This document shows, one piece after another, positions 9,054 to 19,248 of a stretch of 64,000 nt of DNA. The notes beneath the pieces were generated by a model. That model did not search any database and had not been told where the DNA came from. It saw nothing but the letters and a program-made list of their open reading frames with translations. Each line of letters begins with the position of its first letter. Position 1 is the first letter of the stretch. This stretch comes from Myxococcota bacterium (GTDB lineage: Bacteria; Myxococcota_A; UBA9160; SZUA-336). The stretch lies in assembly GCA_965247115.1 (NCBI GenBank), contig CBDFGR010000002.1, positions 1,888,001 to 1,952,000 on the forward strand. Reading direction: 5' to 3'. A program made the translations under genes and the position numbers.

Positions 9054-9755
9054 ATGGCAGCCCCCAAGCTCGAGATCCTCGTCGTCGAAGACGAGGAGTC
9101 GATTCGCCGCGGGCTCGTGGACGTGCTCGCCTATCACGGCTACGCACCCACGGGAGTGGAAGACGGCGAGGCCGGGCTGCGCGAGGGGCTCACGAATCGC
9201 TACTCGCTCGTCGTCCTCGACGTCATGTTGCCAGGCTTGTCCGGCTTCGAAGTCTGTGCGGCGCTGCGCGAGCGACATGCGCACCTGCCGATCCTGATGC
9301 TCACCGCCCGCGGCAGCGAGCAGGACGTGCTGGCGGGCTTCAAGGCAGGGGCCGACGACTACGTGACCAAGCCCTTTTCCGTGGCAGAGCTCGCTGCACG
9401 CGTCGAGGCGATCCTGCGACGCTCGGGGAGCCTGCGCGGGCCGGACGAGTGCCCCTTCGAATTCGGGGAGTGGGAGGTTGACCCGGCCAATCTTCAGGCG
9501 AGCCGAGCCGAGATGCACGTGGACCTGACCGCGCGGGAGCTGGCGATCCTATCGCTCTTGCTGCGCGAGCGCGGCCGCATCGTGAGCCGCCGCATACTGC
9601 TCTCTCAGGTATGGGGAGCGCCAAATCCCGAGCGCGTGGAGACACGCAGCGTGGACATGCAGCTGGCAAAGCTGCGCAAGAAGCTCGGGCTGGTTGCTGG
9701 TGCGGCGTCCCTGATCGAGACCGTGCGCGGCGCAGGCTACCGCTTCAGGGGCTGA
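9054..9755 (+). CDS. OmpR/PhoB-family DNA-binding response regulator
   Basis: ILVVEDE, VVLDVMLPG, LMLTARG, GADDYVTKPF, winged-helix TRSVDMQLAKLRKKL...ETVRGAGYRF. Confidence 0.95.
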   Translation: MAAPKLEILVVEDEESIRRGLVDVLAYHGYAPTGVEDGEAGLREGLTNRYSLVVLDVMLPGLSGFEVCAALRERHAHLPILMLTARGSEQDVLAGFKAGADDYVTKPFSVAELAARVEAILRRSGSLRGPDECPFEFGEWEVDPANLQASRAEMHVDLTARELAILSLLLRERGRIVSRRILLSQVWGAPNPERVETRSVDMQLAKLRKKLGLVAGAASLIETVRGAGYRFRG

Positions 9756-9756
9756 G

Positions 9757-11631
9757 GTGGTGCTGCGCCGCATCCGCGCTGTCTTCTTCCTGCTCGGGTT
9801 GGTCCTTGTCGTGCTCCTGGGACTCCTCCTGTCCCGAGCGTTCGAGAGCCTGGGCCGTGAGCGCGAGGTGCGCCACGCTGCGGTCGCCAAACGGGTCTTC
9901 GACGAGGCGGAGCGAGCGCTGGGCGAGTTCCTGACTGAGGAGGAGGGGCGCCCGCCAGACCACTACTTTGCGTCGACGCAGTCCGGCGGCGCCTCTCCGC
10001 TCGCGAACGGTCCGCTCCGCGAGTTCGTTGTCGGCTACTTCCAGATCGCTGCGGGCGGCGGGCTGACCACCCCTCACACCGGCTCCGATCGTGTTCTGCC
10101 CCGACTGCGCTCTGCCGTGTCCGAGGCCCCGGCGTCGAAGGACAAGCGGGCCGAGCTTGCGGATCTAGACCTGGGCTCACTCAAGAAGGAAGCGGCCAAG
10201 GCGGATCAGGTGCCGGGGACAACCCGGACGGTCCAGAGGCTCGACCTGCTCACCGGTCGCCTCGAAGGCGAGTCGGACGACGTGCTCGCCGAACTCGCGG
10301 AGGAACAGCGCGAGGTTGACGAGTCTCTTTCGTCCTACCGGGTCCTCGAGCAGCTGAACCTGGCGAGGAAGGCCCGCCGCCAGCGTGCCTCTCCCGACGA
10401 GTACGCCTCCGACGACGAGAACGCCGCCATGTCGAGTGGCCTCGCGAACGAGCCCGAGAGCTTCGCTGACGCGAAGCTCTCCGCGCCGGTTGTCCCTCGC
10501 GCGCCCACCGTCCCTCTGCTTGCCCGCATGGGACCCTCTCCCATGGCGGGAGCCATGCTCGATCGAGGGGGCTTGATCCTCTACCGCACCGTGCTGGTGC
10601 CCGACGCGGGCCCCTTTCAACAGGGCATCCTGCTCGACCTTGCGCGCTTCACACGCTGGCTGGAGCTGCGAGTCCTGGGAGAGAGCGGTCTCCTCGAGTT
10701 CATCACGCTGGACTTCAAGAGCGAGGACGGACCGGGGTTCCTCGAGCCTGCCGCGAATCGCTTCGTCTACCAGTATCGCTTCGGCGAGCCGTTCGAGGCG
10801 CTGACAGCGCGTGTCAGCCTTGCCCCGCTTCCCGACGAGGGCGGGGTGCGGTACGTCTACGCGATCGGGCTGCTGCTCATCGTTGCCAGCACGCTCGGGC
10901 TCTGGGCCGTGTACCGCAGGGTGGCCGCCGCCGTGCACTTCGCGGAGCGTCGTAGCAACTTCGCGGCCGCCGTCTCTCACGAGCTCAAGACACCCCTGAC
11001 GGCGATTCGCATGCACGCCGAGATGCTGCGCGACGGGATGGTGTCGGGCGCTGAGAAGCAACGCGAGTACTACGCCACCATCACATCCGAGTCGGAGCGG
11101 CTCACGCGGCTCATCAACAATGTGCTCGAGTTCTCACGGCTCGAGAGCCAGAAGGTCGAGCGTCCCCTGACTCAGGAGTCGCTCGAGGAGCCGCTCCGCG
11201 ACGTCGTCCAGCTGCTCCGGCCACACGCACAGTCACAGGGGTTCACCCTCGTACTCGAGGTCGACGCTGACCTAGCGCCAGCCGCATTCGAGCGCGACGC
11301 GTTGCAGCAGCTGCTCTTCAACTTGATCGACAACGCCCTGAAGTACGCCCGCACCGCAGAGCGCAAGGAGATTCTCGTTCACTGCCTCGAAGTCGATGGT
11401 GGCGTCGCGCTCCGAGTTCGTGACTACGGTCCGGGCGTCGCCCGTGCACACCAGCCACACCTGTTCGAGGCGTTCTACCGGGGCGAAGACGAGCTCACAC
11501 GCAAGACCAAAGGAACCGGTATCGGCCTGGCGCTCGTGCGTGGACTTGCGGAGGAGATGGGCGCGCGAGTCTCTGCGCGGAACCATCCCGACGGTGGCTT
11601 CGAGGTGGAGATCCGCCTGCCAACGAGCTAG
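9757..11631 (+). CDS. Membrane sensor histidine kinase
   Basis: Two TM segments around a large periplasmic region; VSHELKTPL H-box, NLIDNALKY, DYGPG, GTGIGL. Confidence 0.95.
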   Translation: MVLRRIRAVFFLLGLVLVVLLGLLLSRAFESLGREREVRHAAVAKRVFDEAERALGEFLTEEEGRPPDHYFASTQSGGASPLANGPLREFVVGYFQIAAGGGLTTPHTGSDRVLPRLRSAVSEAPASKDKRAELADLDLGSLKKEAAKADQVPGTTRTVQRLDLLTGRLEGESDDVLAELAEEQREVDESLSSYRVLEQLNLARKARRQRASPDEYASDDENAAMSSGLANEPESFADAKLSAPVVPRAPTVPLLARMGPSPMAGAMLDRGGLILYRTVLVPDAGPFQQGILLDLARFTRWLELRVLGESGLLEFITLDFKSEDGPGFLEPAANRFVYQYRFGEPFEALTARVSLAPLPDEGGVRYVYAIGLLLIVASTLGLWAVYRRVAAAVHFAERRSNFAAAVSHELKTPLTAIRMHAEMLRDGMVSGAEKQREYYATITSESERLTRLINNVLEFSRLESQKVERPLTQESLEEPLRDVVQLLRPHAQSQGFTLVLEVDADLAPAAFERDALQQLLFNLIDNALKYARTAERKEILVHCLEVDGGVALRVRDYGPGVARAHQPHLFEAFYRGEDELTRKTKGTGIGLALVRGLAEEMGARVSARNHPDGGFEVEIRLPTS

Positions 11632-11704
11632 GCCGCGCTCTGCAGACGACGCGAGGCGGCATCTCGGGCAGCTCTGGTATGCTGCTTCGCCCAGGGAGGA
11701 TGCG

Positions 11705-12727
11705 ATGCAGGCAGCACTGATGCAGCGTGGCTCGATCTGGGTTGACACCCTGGCGGATCCTGTCCCGCGCCAGGGCGAGGTGCTGGTCAAGTCCCGGGGC
11801 TGCGGAATTTGCGGCTCGGATCTCCATGCCGCCGAGCACACCGAGGAGTTCGTTGCCACGAGCCGCGAGGCTGGCGGCGCCTTCAAGCTCACCACGCTGG
11901 ACCCGATCGTGCTCGGCCACGAGTTTTGCGCAGAGATCGTGGACTTCGGGCCAGATACTCCGCACGACCTGGCCCCGGGCACGTTGGTCTGCTCTGTTCC
12001 GGTGCTGCCACGCGAGGAGCCGCTCCCTGTCGGCTACTCCGACGTGATTCCCGGCGGCTTTGCCGAGTACATGGTGCTGGCCCGGCGCCTGCTCGTACCG
12101 GTCCCCGGCGGTACGCCCGCTGGCCACGCGGCGCTGACGGAGCCGATGGCGGTGGGCCTGCACGCGGCGAACAAGGCGAGACTCTCGGGGAGCGAGGCCG
12201 CGCTGGTGCTGGGCTGCGGCCCGGTCGGTCTCGCGGTGGTGAGCGCGCTCAAGCACAAGGGCATCGGCCCGGTGGTTGCAGCGGACTTCTCGCCCAAGCG
12301 CCGACAGCTCGCTGCGCTGCTGGGTGCCGACGTGTGCATCGACCCCAACGAGGGCTCTCCCTACGCGCACTCCGAGCTGCAGCGGCCGGAGGACGTGGTG
12401 ATCTTCGAGTGCGTCGGCGTTCCCGGTGTGCTCGACGGGATCTTTCTGGCTGCTCCGCGCAACGCGCGCATCATCGTGGTGGGCGTCTGTCTGCTGACCG
12501 ATCACAGCCGTCCGCTGATCGCGATCAACAAGGAGCTCTCCGTGCAGTACGTGTTGGGTTACACAGTGCCCGAGTTCGCCGAGACCCTGCAGCTGATCGC
12601 CGACGGTGCCTACGACGTCGCGCCCCTGATCACGGAGCGCGTCCCTCTGTCCGGAGTTGCGGGCGCTTTTGCGGCCCTCCGGGATCCGGAGAAGCAGGCG
12701 AAGATCCTGGTCGAGCCCTGGTCGTAG
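11705..12727 (+). CDS. Zinc-binding (MDR) dehydrogenase
   Basis: CGICGSDLH, LGHEF, GCGPVG; GGAGGA RBS before ATG11705. Confidence 0.9.
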   Translation: MQAALMQRGSIWVDTLADPVPRQGEVLVKSRGCGICGSDLHAAEHTEEFVATSREAGGAFKLTTLDPIVLGHEFCAEIVDFGPDTPHDLAPGTLVCSVPVLPREEPLPVGYSDVIPGGFAEYMVLARRLLVPVPGGTPAGHAALTEPMAVGLHAANKARLSGSEAALVLGCGPVGLAVVSALKHKGIGPVVAADFSPKRRQLAALLGADVCIDPNEGSPYAHSELQRPEDVVIFECVGVPGVLDGIFLAAPRNARIIVVGVCLLTDHSRPLIAINKELSVQYVLGYTVPEFAETLQLIADGAYDVAPLITERVPLSGVAGAFAALRDPEKQAKILVEPWS

Positions 12728-12743
12728 CGAGCGGGCACGAGAC

Positions 12744-13847
12744 TCAGGACCGGGTGCCGGCGTAGCCCTGAAGCTGGGCGGCGCGCTCGCGGAGCGCTCC
12801 CGGTCCGCCCAGCAGCTGGCGGTTCAGGCCGATGCGCTTGAACCAGAAGTGCAGGTTCTGATCGTCGGTGAAGCCGATCCCCCCGTGAACCTGGGTCGCC
12901 AGATCGGCGAGCCGTTCCCCCACCTCGGCCATGTGGGCCTTGGCATGGGCCACGGCCACGGGCGCGTCGTCCGGATCGGCCTCGATGGCATGCGCCGCGT
13001 ACCAGACCAGCGAGCGCGCGGGCTCCAGCTCGGAAGTCATCTCCGCGCACAGGTGCTTGACCGCCTGGAAGCTCGCGATCACGCGACCGAACTGCGAGCG
13101 CTGCTTGGCGTACTCAACGGCTTGATCGAGCATGGACTGGCAGGCTCCGAGCGTGTCCGCAGCGAGCACGGCGCGGCCCGCGTCGAGCACGCGGTCGAGA
13201 GCGCGCGTCGCTCCGCCTGGCCCCCCGAGAAGCGCGGCCGGTTCGACGGACTCGAGACGCAGCTCCGCCAGGCGGCGGGTGCGGTCGATGGTCGAAAGAG
13301 CCTCGATCTGGAGCCCCGGAGCGTCCGTCGCCACCAGCGCGAGATCGTCCGTCCCCGCGGCAATGAGCACGAGGTCCGCGCCTGGCAGGCCCAGTGCCAT
13401 CAGCGCTCTGCCCACGAGCTTTCCTCCCTCGAGGCGCACCTCGGCGCCCTCGCGGCGGGAGTAGGTCTCGGTCAGCGCGGCGGCGACCTGCAGGTCTCCG
13501 GTAGCGAGCCTTGGCAACCACTCCTTCTGCTGCTCGGGAGTGCCCGCCTCGCGCAGGGCGACCGGCGCGAGCACGGCGCTGGCGACGAAGGGCACCGGGG
13601 TTACGGCCCCGCCAAGTTCTTCGGCGACGAGCGCGGCGTCGAGATGCGACAGCGCGCTGCCGCCGTGCTCCTCGGGAATCAGGATTCCCGCGGCCCCGAG
13701 CTCGGCAAGACTCGACCAGAGCGTGCGCACCTCGGCGCCGTCGCCGATCGCGACCTCGCGCACGCGGGTGATCGGGATGTTGTCGGCGAGATAGTTCCGG
13801 AAGGTGTCCTGCAGCAGCCTCTGCTCGTCCGAAAGCCCGAAGTCCAT
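12744..13847 (-). CDS. Acyl-CoA dehydrogenase family protein (probable non-catalytic partner subunit)
   Basis: MDFGLSDEQ, YAKQRSQFGRVIASFQAVKH, QVHGGIGFT. Confidence 0.9.
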   Translation of the reverse strand: MDFGLSDEQRLLQDTFRNYLADNIPITRVREVAIGDGAEVRTLWSSLAELGAAGILIPEEHGGSALSHLDAALVAEELGGAVTPVPFVASAVLAPVALREAGTPEQQKEWLPRLATGDLQVAAALTETYSRREGAEVRLEGGKLVGRALMALGLPGADLVLIAAGTDDLALVATDAPGLQIEALSTIDRTRRLAELRLESVEPAALLGGPGGATRALDRVLDAGRAVLAADTLGACQSMLDQAVEYAKQRSQFGRVIASFQAVKHLCAEMTSELEPARSLVWYAAHAIEADPDDAPVAVAHAKAHMAEVGERLADLATQVHGGIGFTDDQNLHFWFKRIGLNRQLLGGPGALRERAAQLQGYAGTRS

Positions 13848-13849
13848 CG

Positions 13850-15055
13850 CTACTTCCCCGCCGCAACGATTTTGGGCTCTCGCGGCATGCCGAGTCCCCG
13901 CTCCGAGATGATGTTCTTCTGAATCTGCGCGGTCCCGCCGCCAATGATCAGACCCAGTGAGAGCATGTGCTCTCGCTGCCAGAAGCCGCGTGCGCGCTCG
14001 TACTTCGAGCCGTAGTAGAGCGTGCCGAGCTCACCCATGACGTCGATCGCCAGCGCGGCGATGTCGTGGTTGAGCTGGCAGCCCTGGAGCTTGACCACAA
14101 GGCCCGCGACGCCCGGCGCCTCGCCGCGCAGGGTGCAAGTGAGGAGTCGCATGGAGTGGTACTTCATGGTGCGCGTGCGAGCCTGAAGGCGCAGAAAGCG
14201 ATCCCGCAGGGTCGGGCTCAGCATGGCCGAGGCGCCGTTCGAGACCTCATCCTGCATCAGCTTCTCGAGACGCAGTAGCAGACCCTCGGTCTGAGAGGCG
14301 TTCCCGAGCATGTTGCGCTCGTAGCGGAGCGTCGTGTTGGCGACGATCCAGCCCTCACCGCGCGCCCCCACGACGTTGGCCTTGGGAACGCGCACGTCCG
14401 TCAGGAACACCTGGTTGAACGTTGCGTGTCCGGTCATGGTCATGAGCGGCTGAACCTCGATCCCGGGCGTGTCCATGCGCAGGAGGATGTAGCTGATGCC
14501 CGAGTGCTTGGGAGCGTCGGGCTCCGTGCGCACCAGGATGAAGATCATGTCCGCAACCTGTGCCCCGCTCGTCCAGATCTTCTGGCCGTTGATCAGGAAG
14601 TCGTCGCCGTCCTCCTTCGCCGAGGTCTGCAGGCTCGCCAGGTCACTACCCGAGCCTGGCTCGGAATAGCCCTGACACCAGACCTCCTCGCCGGTGAGCG
14701 CGGGTAGGATCCAGCGCTTCTTCTGGTCCTCCCGCCCGTGCTCCAGCAAGGTCGGCGCGAGCATGCTCGAGCCGCTGCCCCCACCGGGACCCTGGAGCCC
14801 GGAGCGCGTGAACTCCTCACCGATGATCACGCTCTCCAGGATGTCCGGCTCGGCTCCGTAGCCCCCGTACTCGCGCGGGATGGTGCGCGCGTGGTAGCCG
14901 TGCTCGATCAACAGCTCCTGCCACGCGACCTCTTCCGGAGTTGGACGCCAGCGCTCGTCGGGCCCGCGTTTCGGAGAGCGCTCGCCGTGCTCTTTGATGA
15001 AGCCCCGCAGGTCCGCCCGGAACTGCTCGTACTCCTGACCGTAGCTCAGGTCCAT
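13850..15055 (-). CDS. Acyl-CoA dehydrogenase family protein
   Basis: WCQGYSEPGSGSDLASL, NGQKIWTS, FNQVFLTDV, IGGGTAQIQKNII. Confidence 0.92.
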   Translation of the reverse strand: MDLSYGQEYEQFRADLRGFIKEHGERSPKRGPDERWRPTPEEVAWQELLIEHGYHARTIPREYGGYGAEPDILESVIIGEEFTRSGLQGPGGGSGSSMLAPTLLEHGREDQKKRWILPALTGEEVWCQGYSEPGSGSDLASLQTSAKEDGDDFLINGQKIWTSGAQVADMIFILVRTEPDAPKHSGISYILLRMDTPGIEVQPLMTMTGHATFNQVFLTDVRVPKANVVGARGEGWIVANTTLRYERNMLGNASQTEGLLLRLEKLMQDEVSNGASAMLSPTLRDRFLRLQARTRTMKYHSMRLLTCTLRGEAPGVAGLVVKLQGCQLNHDIAALAIDVMGELGTLYYGSKYERARGFWQREHMLSLGLIIGGGTAQIQKNIISERGLGMPREPKIVAAGK

Positions 15056-15195
15056 GCTGCCTCCGACGCGGAGCCGCCGCGCTGGCCCTCATTGTACGCC
15101 TAGTGGCTCGCTCGCCGCAGTGCGGCTTTCCCAGCACGGTCGAAGGGAATACACTCAGGGCCGGAGCAGGAGCTTCGGAAGAGAGAGGAGGACTT

Positions 15196-16305
15196 ATGCA
15201 GACACCGCTTCGCGAGCTGCTCGAGGTGGAGTTCCCGATCGTCGCGTTCAGTCACTGCCGCGACGTCGTCGCCGGCGTGAGCAAGGCAGGCGGGTTTGGC
15301 GTGCTGGGCGTAACCTCACTCTCGGCAGATCAGATGAAGATCGAGCTCGACTGGATCGAGAGCGAGATCGGCGACAAGCCGTACGGCATCGACGTGCTGA
15401 TGCCGGCCAGCTACATCGGCAGCGAGGAAGGGGGCCTGTCGCGAGACAAGCTCGACGCGCTGATCTCGGACGAGCACCGCAGCTTCGTCGACGCGCTCCT
15501 TGCGGAGCACGGCGTGCCGCAGTTTCCGGACATCGAACGCGCGCCGCGGACCGAGTCGCACAACCGGGACCTGGTCGACGTCGCGCTCTCCCACAATGCG
15601 CGGCTGATCGCGAACGCGCTCGGCCCGCCTCCGCCCTGGCTGATCGAGCGGGCGCACGAGCAGGGCCTGCTCGTCGCAGCGCTCGTTGGGAAAAAGCGCC
15701 ACGCCCTCAAGCAGCAGGCGGCGGGGGTCGACATCATCGTGGCCCAGGGCTACGAGGCGGGAGGCCACACCGGCGAGATCGGAACCATGGTGCTCATTCC
15801 CGAGATCGTCGACACGGTGGCGCCGCTGCCCGTGCTCGCCGCGGGGGGGATCGCGAACGGGCGTCAGATGGCGGCGGCGCTGTCACTCGGTGCCCAGGGG
15901 GTGTGGACCGGGTCGGTCTGGCTCACGACCGAGGAGGCGGAGACGCACCCCGTCGTAAAAGAGAAGTTCCTCGAGGCCACGTCGAGTGACACGCTCCGCT
16001 CGCGCTCGCTCACGGGCAAGCCCGCCCGTCAGCTGCGCAGCGCGTGGACCGATGCCTGGGAGGATCCAGCCAACCCGGATCCGCTACCGATGCCGCTGCA
16101 AGGGCTGCTCACCCGTGAAGCCCAGGGGCGCATCGGCCGCGTGGCGCACCAGAAGGGCTCCGGAGCGGAGAAGCTCGTCAACTACTTCGTTGGCCAGGTC
16201 GTGGGCTCGCTGAATCACGTGAAGTCCGTCCGAACCGTCGTGGAGGAGCTGGTGCAGGAGTACGTCGACACGATGGAACGGATGGAGACCTGGACGAACG
16301 GGTAG
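15196..16305 (+). CDS. Nitronate monooxygenase / FabK-like flavoprotein
   Basis: AFSHCRDVV, QGYEAGGHTG, LAAGGIANG, GVWTGSVWL; GGAGGA RBS. Confidence 0.88.
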   Translation: MQTPLRELLEVEFPIVAFSHCRDVVAGVSKAGGFGVLGVTSLSADQMKIELDWIESEIGDKPYGIDVLMPASYIGSEEGGLSRDKLDALISDEHRSFVDALLAEHGVPQFPDIERAPRTESHNRDLVDVALSHNARLIANALGPPPPWLIERAHEQGLLVAALVGKKRHALKQQAAGVDIIVAQGYEAGGHTGEIGTMVLIPEIVDTVAPLPVLAAGGIANGRQMAAALSLGAQGVWTGSVWLTTEEAETHPVVKEKFLEATSSDTLRSRSLTGKPARQLRSAWTDAWEDPANPDPLPMPLQGLLTREAQGRIGRVAHQKGSGAEKLVNYFVGQVVGSLNHVKSVRTVVEELVQEYVDTMERMETWTNG

Positions 16306-16408
16306 CTCCGACGCCCCCTCTCCAGAGCGGGCAGGTCGACGTAAAGCCCCACCACGAGATCCGCGCACTATCCGAGCTGCTCGAGCTGATCGCGCCCGGG
16401 TAAGCGCG

Positions 16409-17605
16409 ATGCTCGATCTCTTCATCCCGGAGCGCGTCGAGGACCTGACGCCCGAGTGGCTCAGCCTGGTGCTTCGGGAACGCGACGTCCTGGGAGGAGC
16501 CCGCGTCAGCTCCGCCCGCCACGAGCTGATCGGGGACGGCGAGGGCTTCGTCGGTGTGATCACCCGGCTCTTTCTCGAGCTTGATCCACCCGGTTCGGTT
16601 GGGCCCCGCACGTTGATCGCCAAGCTTCCCACGCCGGTCGCGCAGAATCGCGTGCTGGGCGAGCTGCTCGGAGCCTACGAGCGGGAGATCCTGTTCTACG
16701 AGGAGCTTGCACCGGAGCTCCCGCTGCGCGTACCCGCGACCTATTACACGGCGTTCGATCCCGATGTTGGGTCCCGGTATCAGGAGCAGATCGTCGGCTT
16801 GATGGATCGATTGCCTGTCTGGCTGATCCGCCGGCTGATGCCGCTGGCGCGCTGGGTCGCCGGACGCAAGAAGCGACGCTACGTGCTTCTGATGGAGGAC
16901 CTGACTGGAGCCCGTCTTGGCGACCAGGTCGCGGGAGCCCGACCCGAGGATTGCGAGCGTGCGCTTCAGGCGCTGGCCGGGGCACACGCCGCGCTCTGGG
17001 AGAGTCCGCTCCTCCAGGGGCGCTTCTGGCTCGCGCGCCAGGACCTGCAGAGCAAGACCCGACACACCATGTATCGAGACTCACGCAGCGACTTCGCGCA
17101 GCGCTTCGAACCGCTCCTGGGACAGGGCCTGGGCGCGCTGCTGGATTTCCTGGACAGGAGGGGGACGGCGCTGGCGCGACGACTACACCGCTCGGCGCCG
17201 CAGACGCTGGTCCACGGCGACTTCCGCCTGGACAACATCTTCTTCGACGGCCGGCAAGGCGAAGACGAGGTAGTGATCATCGACTGGCAGCTGGCGGGAC
17301 GAGGCTGTGCCGCGTACGACGTTGCCTACCTGCTCGGAGGCGCACTGCCTGTCGATCTGAGCCGGGAAGGCGAGCGCTCGCTGCTCCACGCGTACCACGA
17401 CGCGCTCGAGGACGGTGGTGTCACGAACTACGACTACTCGGAGTTTGTCCGTGATTATGAGCGCGGTCTCCTGACGGTCCTGCAGACGATCGCGACGACG
17501 GACGTCATCGAGATGGGACAGGAGCGGGGCGTGGACTTGATCGACGTTTGGGTCGAGCGTCTCCTCGCCCGGTCGTCGGGAATAGAGCTCGCTACACTGC
17601 TCTAG
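16409..17605 (+). CDS. APH/choline-kinase-like phosphotransferase
   Basis: REILFY, LLMEDL, HGDFRLDN, IIDWQ. Confidence 0.85.
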   Translation: MLDLFIPERVEDLTPEWLSLVLRERDVLGGARVSSARHELIGDGEGFVGVITRLFLELDPPGSVGPRTLIAKLPTPVAQNRVLGELLGAYEREILFYEELAPELPLRVPATYYTAFDPDVGSRYQEQIVGLMDRLPVWLIRRLMPLARWVAGRKKRRYVLLMEDLTGARLGDQVAGARPEDCERALQALAGAHAALWESPLLQGRFWLARQDLQSKTRHTMYRDSRSDFAQRFEPLLGQGLGALLDFLDRRGTALARRLHRSAPQTLVHGDFRLDNIFFDGRQGEDEVVIIDWQLAGRGCAAYDVAYLLGGALPVDLSREGERSLLHAYHDALEDGGVTNYDYSEFVRDYERGLLTVLQTIATTDVIEMGQERGVDLIDVWVERLLARSSGIELATLL

Positions 17606-17655
17606 CGGAGACTTCGAGGCGACCGCACTCCCAGTACCCGCTTCGCCCTCGGGAG

Positions 17656-19161
17656 TCAGCGCGCTCCACGGATCACGCGCCAGAGCAGCGACGGTCGACG
17701 GGCCAGTCCGATGACGGCTGCAGCGGTAATGCACGGGTCGAGCGCCCACGGCAGGGCGTAGATGCCACCGTGGACCTGTTGCGAGAAGAGTGCCGCAGCG
17801 CGCGCAGCGTCGTCTGCGTAGACCTGGGAGGCGGATCCCGGCGCCTGTGGGTTCAGCAGGTCGTGCAGGGCGAGGAGCCCACTGAGCGAGCGCGTCGTCT
17901 CGGGAGCGAACGTCGTGACACCCAGGAGTGGAGCGCCGATGAAGGCCGCGTCGAACACGGGGTGGGAGAGGGAACGCGTGCGGGAGATCCCCGCGACGTT
18001 CGCCGACACGGTGACGGGAGTTCGGCGCGTCGCGTCGAGTCCGATCCCGTACGCGGCGAGGCTCTCTGCCGTCAGGATCTTCTCGATGTACTGCGCTGCC
18101 TGGTAGCTCGCGCCCTGCAGCGAAACGATCGCGCGAGCGATCTCGATGGAGCCCACCGTGAAGCGCCCAGGCGGGAAGGTCCCCGCGCGCTCGAGTAAGG
18201 CTTGCCACCAGCGAGGGCGTCGCCGCCGCGCAGCTTCGAGGTCCTCTGGCTGAACCACCGCCGGAGACGTCGGCGAGACGAGCAGCGTGACCGAGCGCAC
18301 CGCCTGCGGGTCGAGATGGCGCACGACGCTGTTCATGGCGGCCGCGAGTCGCCACTCGCGGCCGCCGCCGGCCGCGTACGCGTAGAGCCCCAGGTGTACT
18401 GGGTCGTCTTCTGCGAACCGCGTGATCGTCTCGACGATCTCACTCGCCTGGCGAAGCAGGTCGGCGCCGTTCGCGACATACGTGAGGGCGCCAGCGCGAC
18501 GCCGGTCGTCCCTCAGCAGCGGCTGTGGCTCGGTCACGTCAATCCAGAGGACGGAGGCGCCTGCCTCGAGGAGCAGGCTCGTGGCCGCGAGCTCGGCCCC
18601 CGCACCGAGAACGACGAACTTGTGACCCGACAAGTCGATCCCGCCATGCTGCTCCGCGATCCAACGCAGCGCGTCCGCGGCTGGCCGGGTCATCAGGCTC
18701 CCCGCAAGGAAGGAATCGGCGAGCTCGTGCAGATGCTTTCCGCTGTATCGCCGCCCCTCCCAGTCGACCTGCGGAGTGAGTGCCGTCGAGTTGACCGCTG
18801 GGATCGTCTCGAACGCCAGGGGCTCCGCGCTGCTACTCCAGTACTCCGAATGTGCCAGGGTGTTTCCGTTCGATAGGAAACAGAGCCGGTCGCTGGCGGC
18901 GCGCACAAGATCGCTCGCGATTTCCGTGCGCAGGGGTGAGGCCGCACGCGCAGCCTCGAAGCGGACCAGGGCCTCGCCAAAGTTCGAGCGAAAAGCGCTG
19001 GCGTCGGACGGGAAGCCCGCCGAGCTCAGCACCTCGGGCCAGTGCTCCACGCTCCCGCGCAGCAGCTCGTGGAGGAAACCCGAGGCGGTGTAGCCGGATG
19101 GAAGCTGGAGGCCTTCCGCCGTGCCACGCGCCACCGAACCCCGCTCCCCCTTCGCACTCAT
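17656..19161 (-). CDS. Uncharacterised protein with a Rossmann-like VVLGAGAEL motif
   Basis: 501-aa ORF filling the gap between recognised genes; globular-protein composition. Confidence 0.7.
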   Translation of the reverse strand: MSAKGERGSVARGTAEGLQLPSGYTASGFLHELLRGSVEHWPEVLSSAGFPSDASAFRSNFGEALVRFEAARAASPLRTEIASDLVRAASDRLCFLSNGNTLAHSEYWSSSAEPLAFETIPAVNSTALTPQVDWEGRRYSGKHLHELADSFLAGSLMTRPAADALRWIAEQHGGIDLSGHKFVVLGAGAELAATSLLLEAGASVLWIDVTEPQPLLRDDRRRAGALTYVANGADLLRQASEIVETITRFAEDDPVHLGLYAYAAGGGREWRLAAAMNSVVRHLDPQAVRSVTLLVSPTSPAVVQPEDLEAARRRRPRWWQALLERAGTFPPGRFTVGSIEIARAIVSLQGASYQAAQYIEKILTAESLAAYGIGLDATRRTPVTVSANVAGISRTRSLSHPVFDAAFIGAPLLGVTTFAPETTRSLSGLLALHDLLNPQAPGSASQVYADDAARAAALFSQQVHGGIYALPWALDPCITAAAVIGLARRPSLLWRVIRGAR

Positions 19162-19248
19162 CGTCGTGCCTCGGCGTCTGAGTCCCGGGATCAGAGCACA
19201 GACCGCAAAGCCGAAGCAAGGGTGAGCCGCGGGCTCAGGTCGAGCGCC

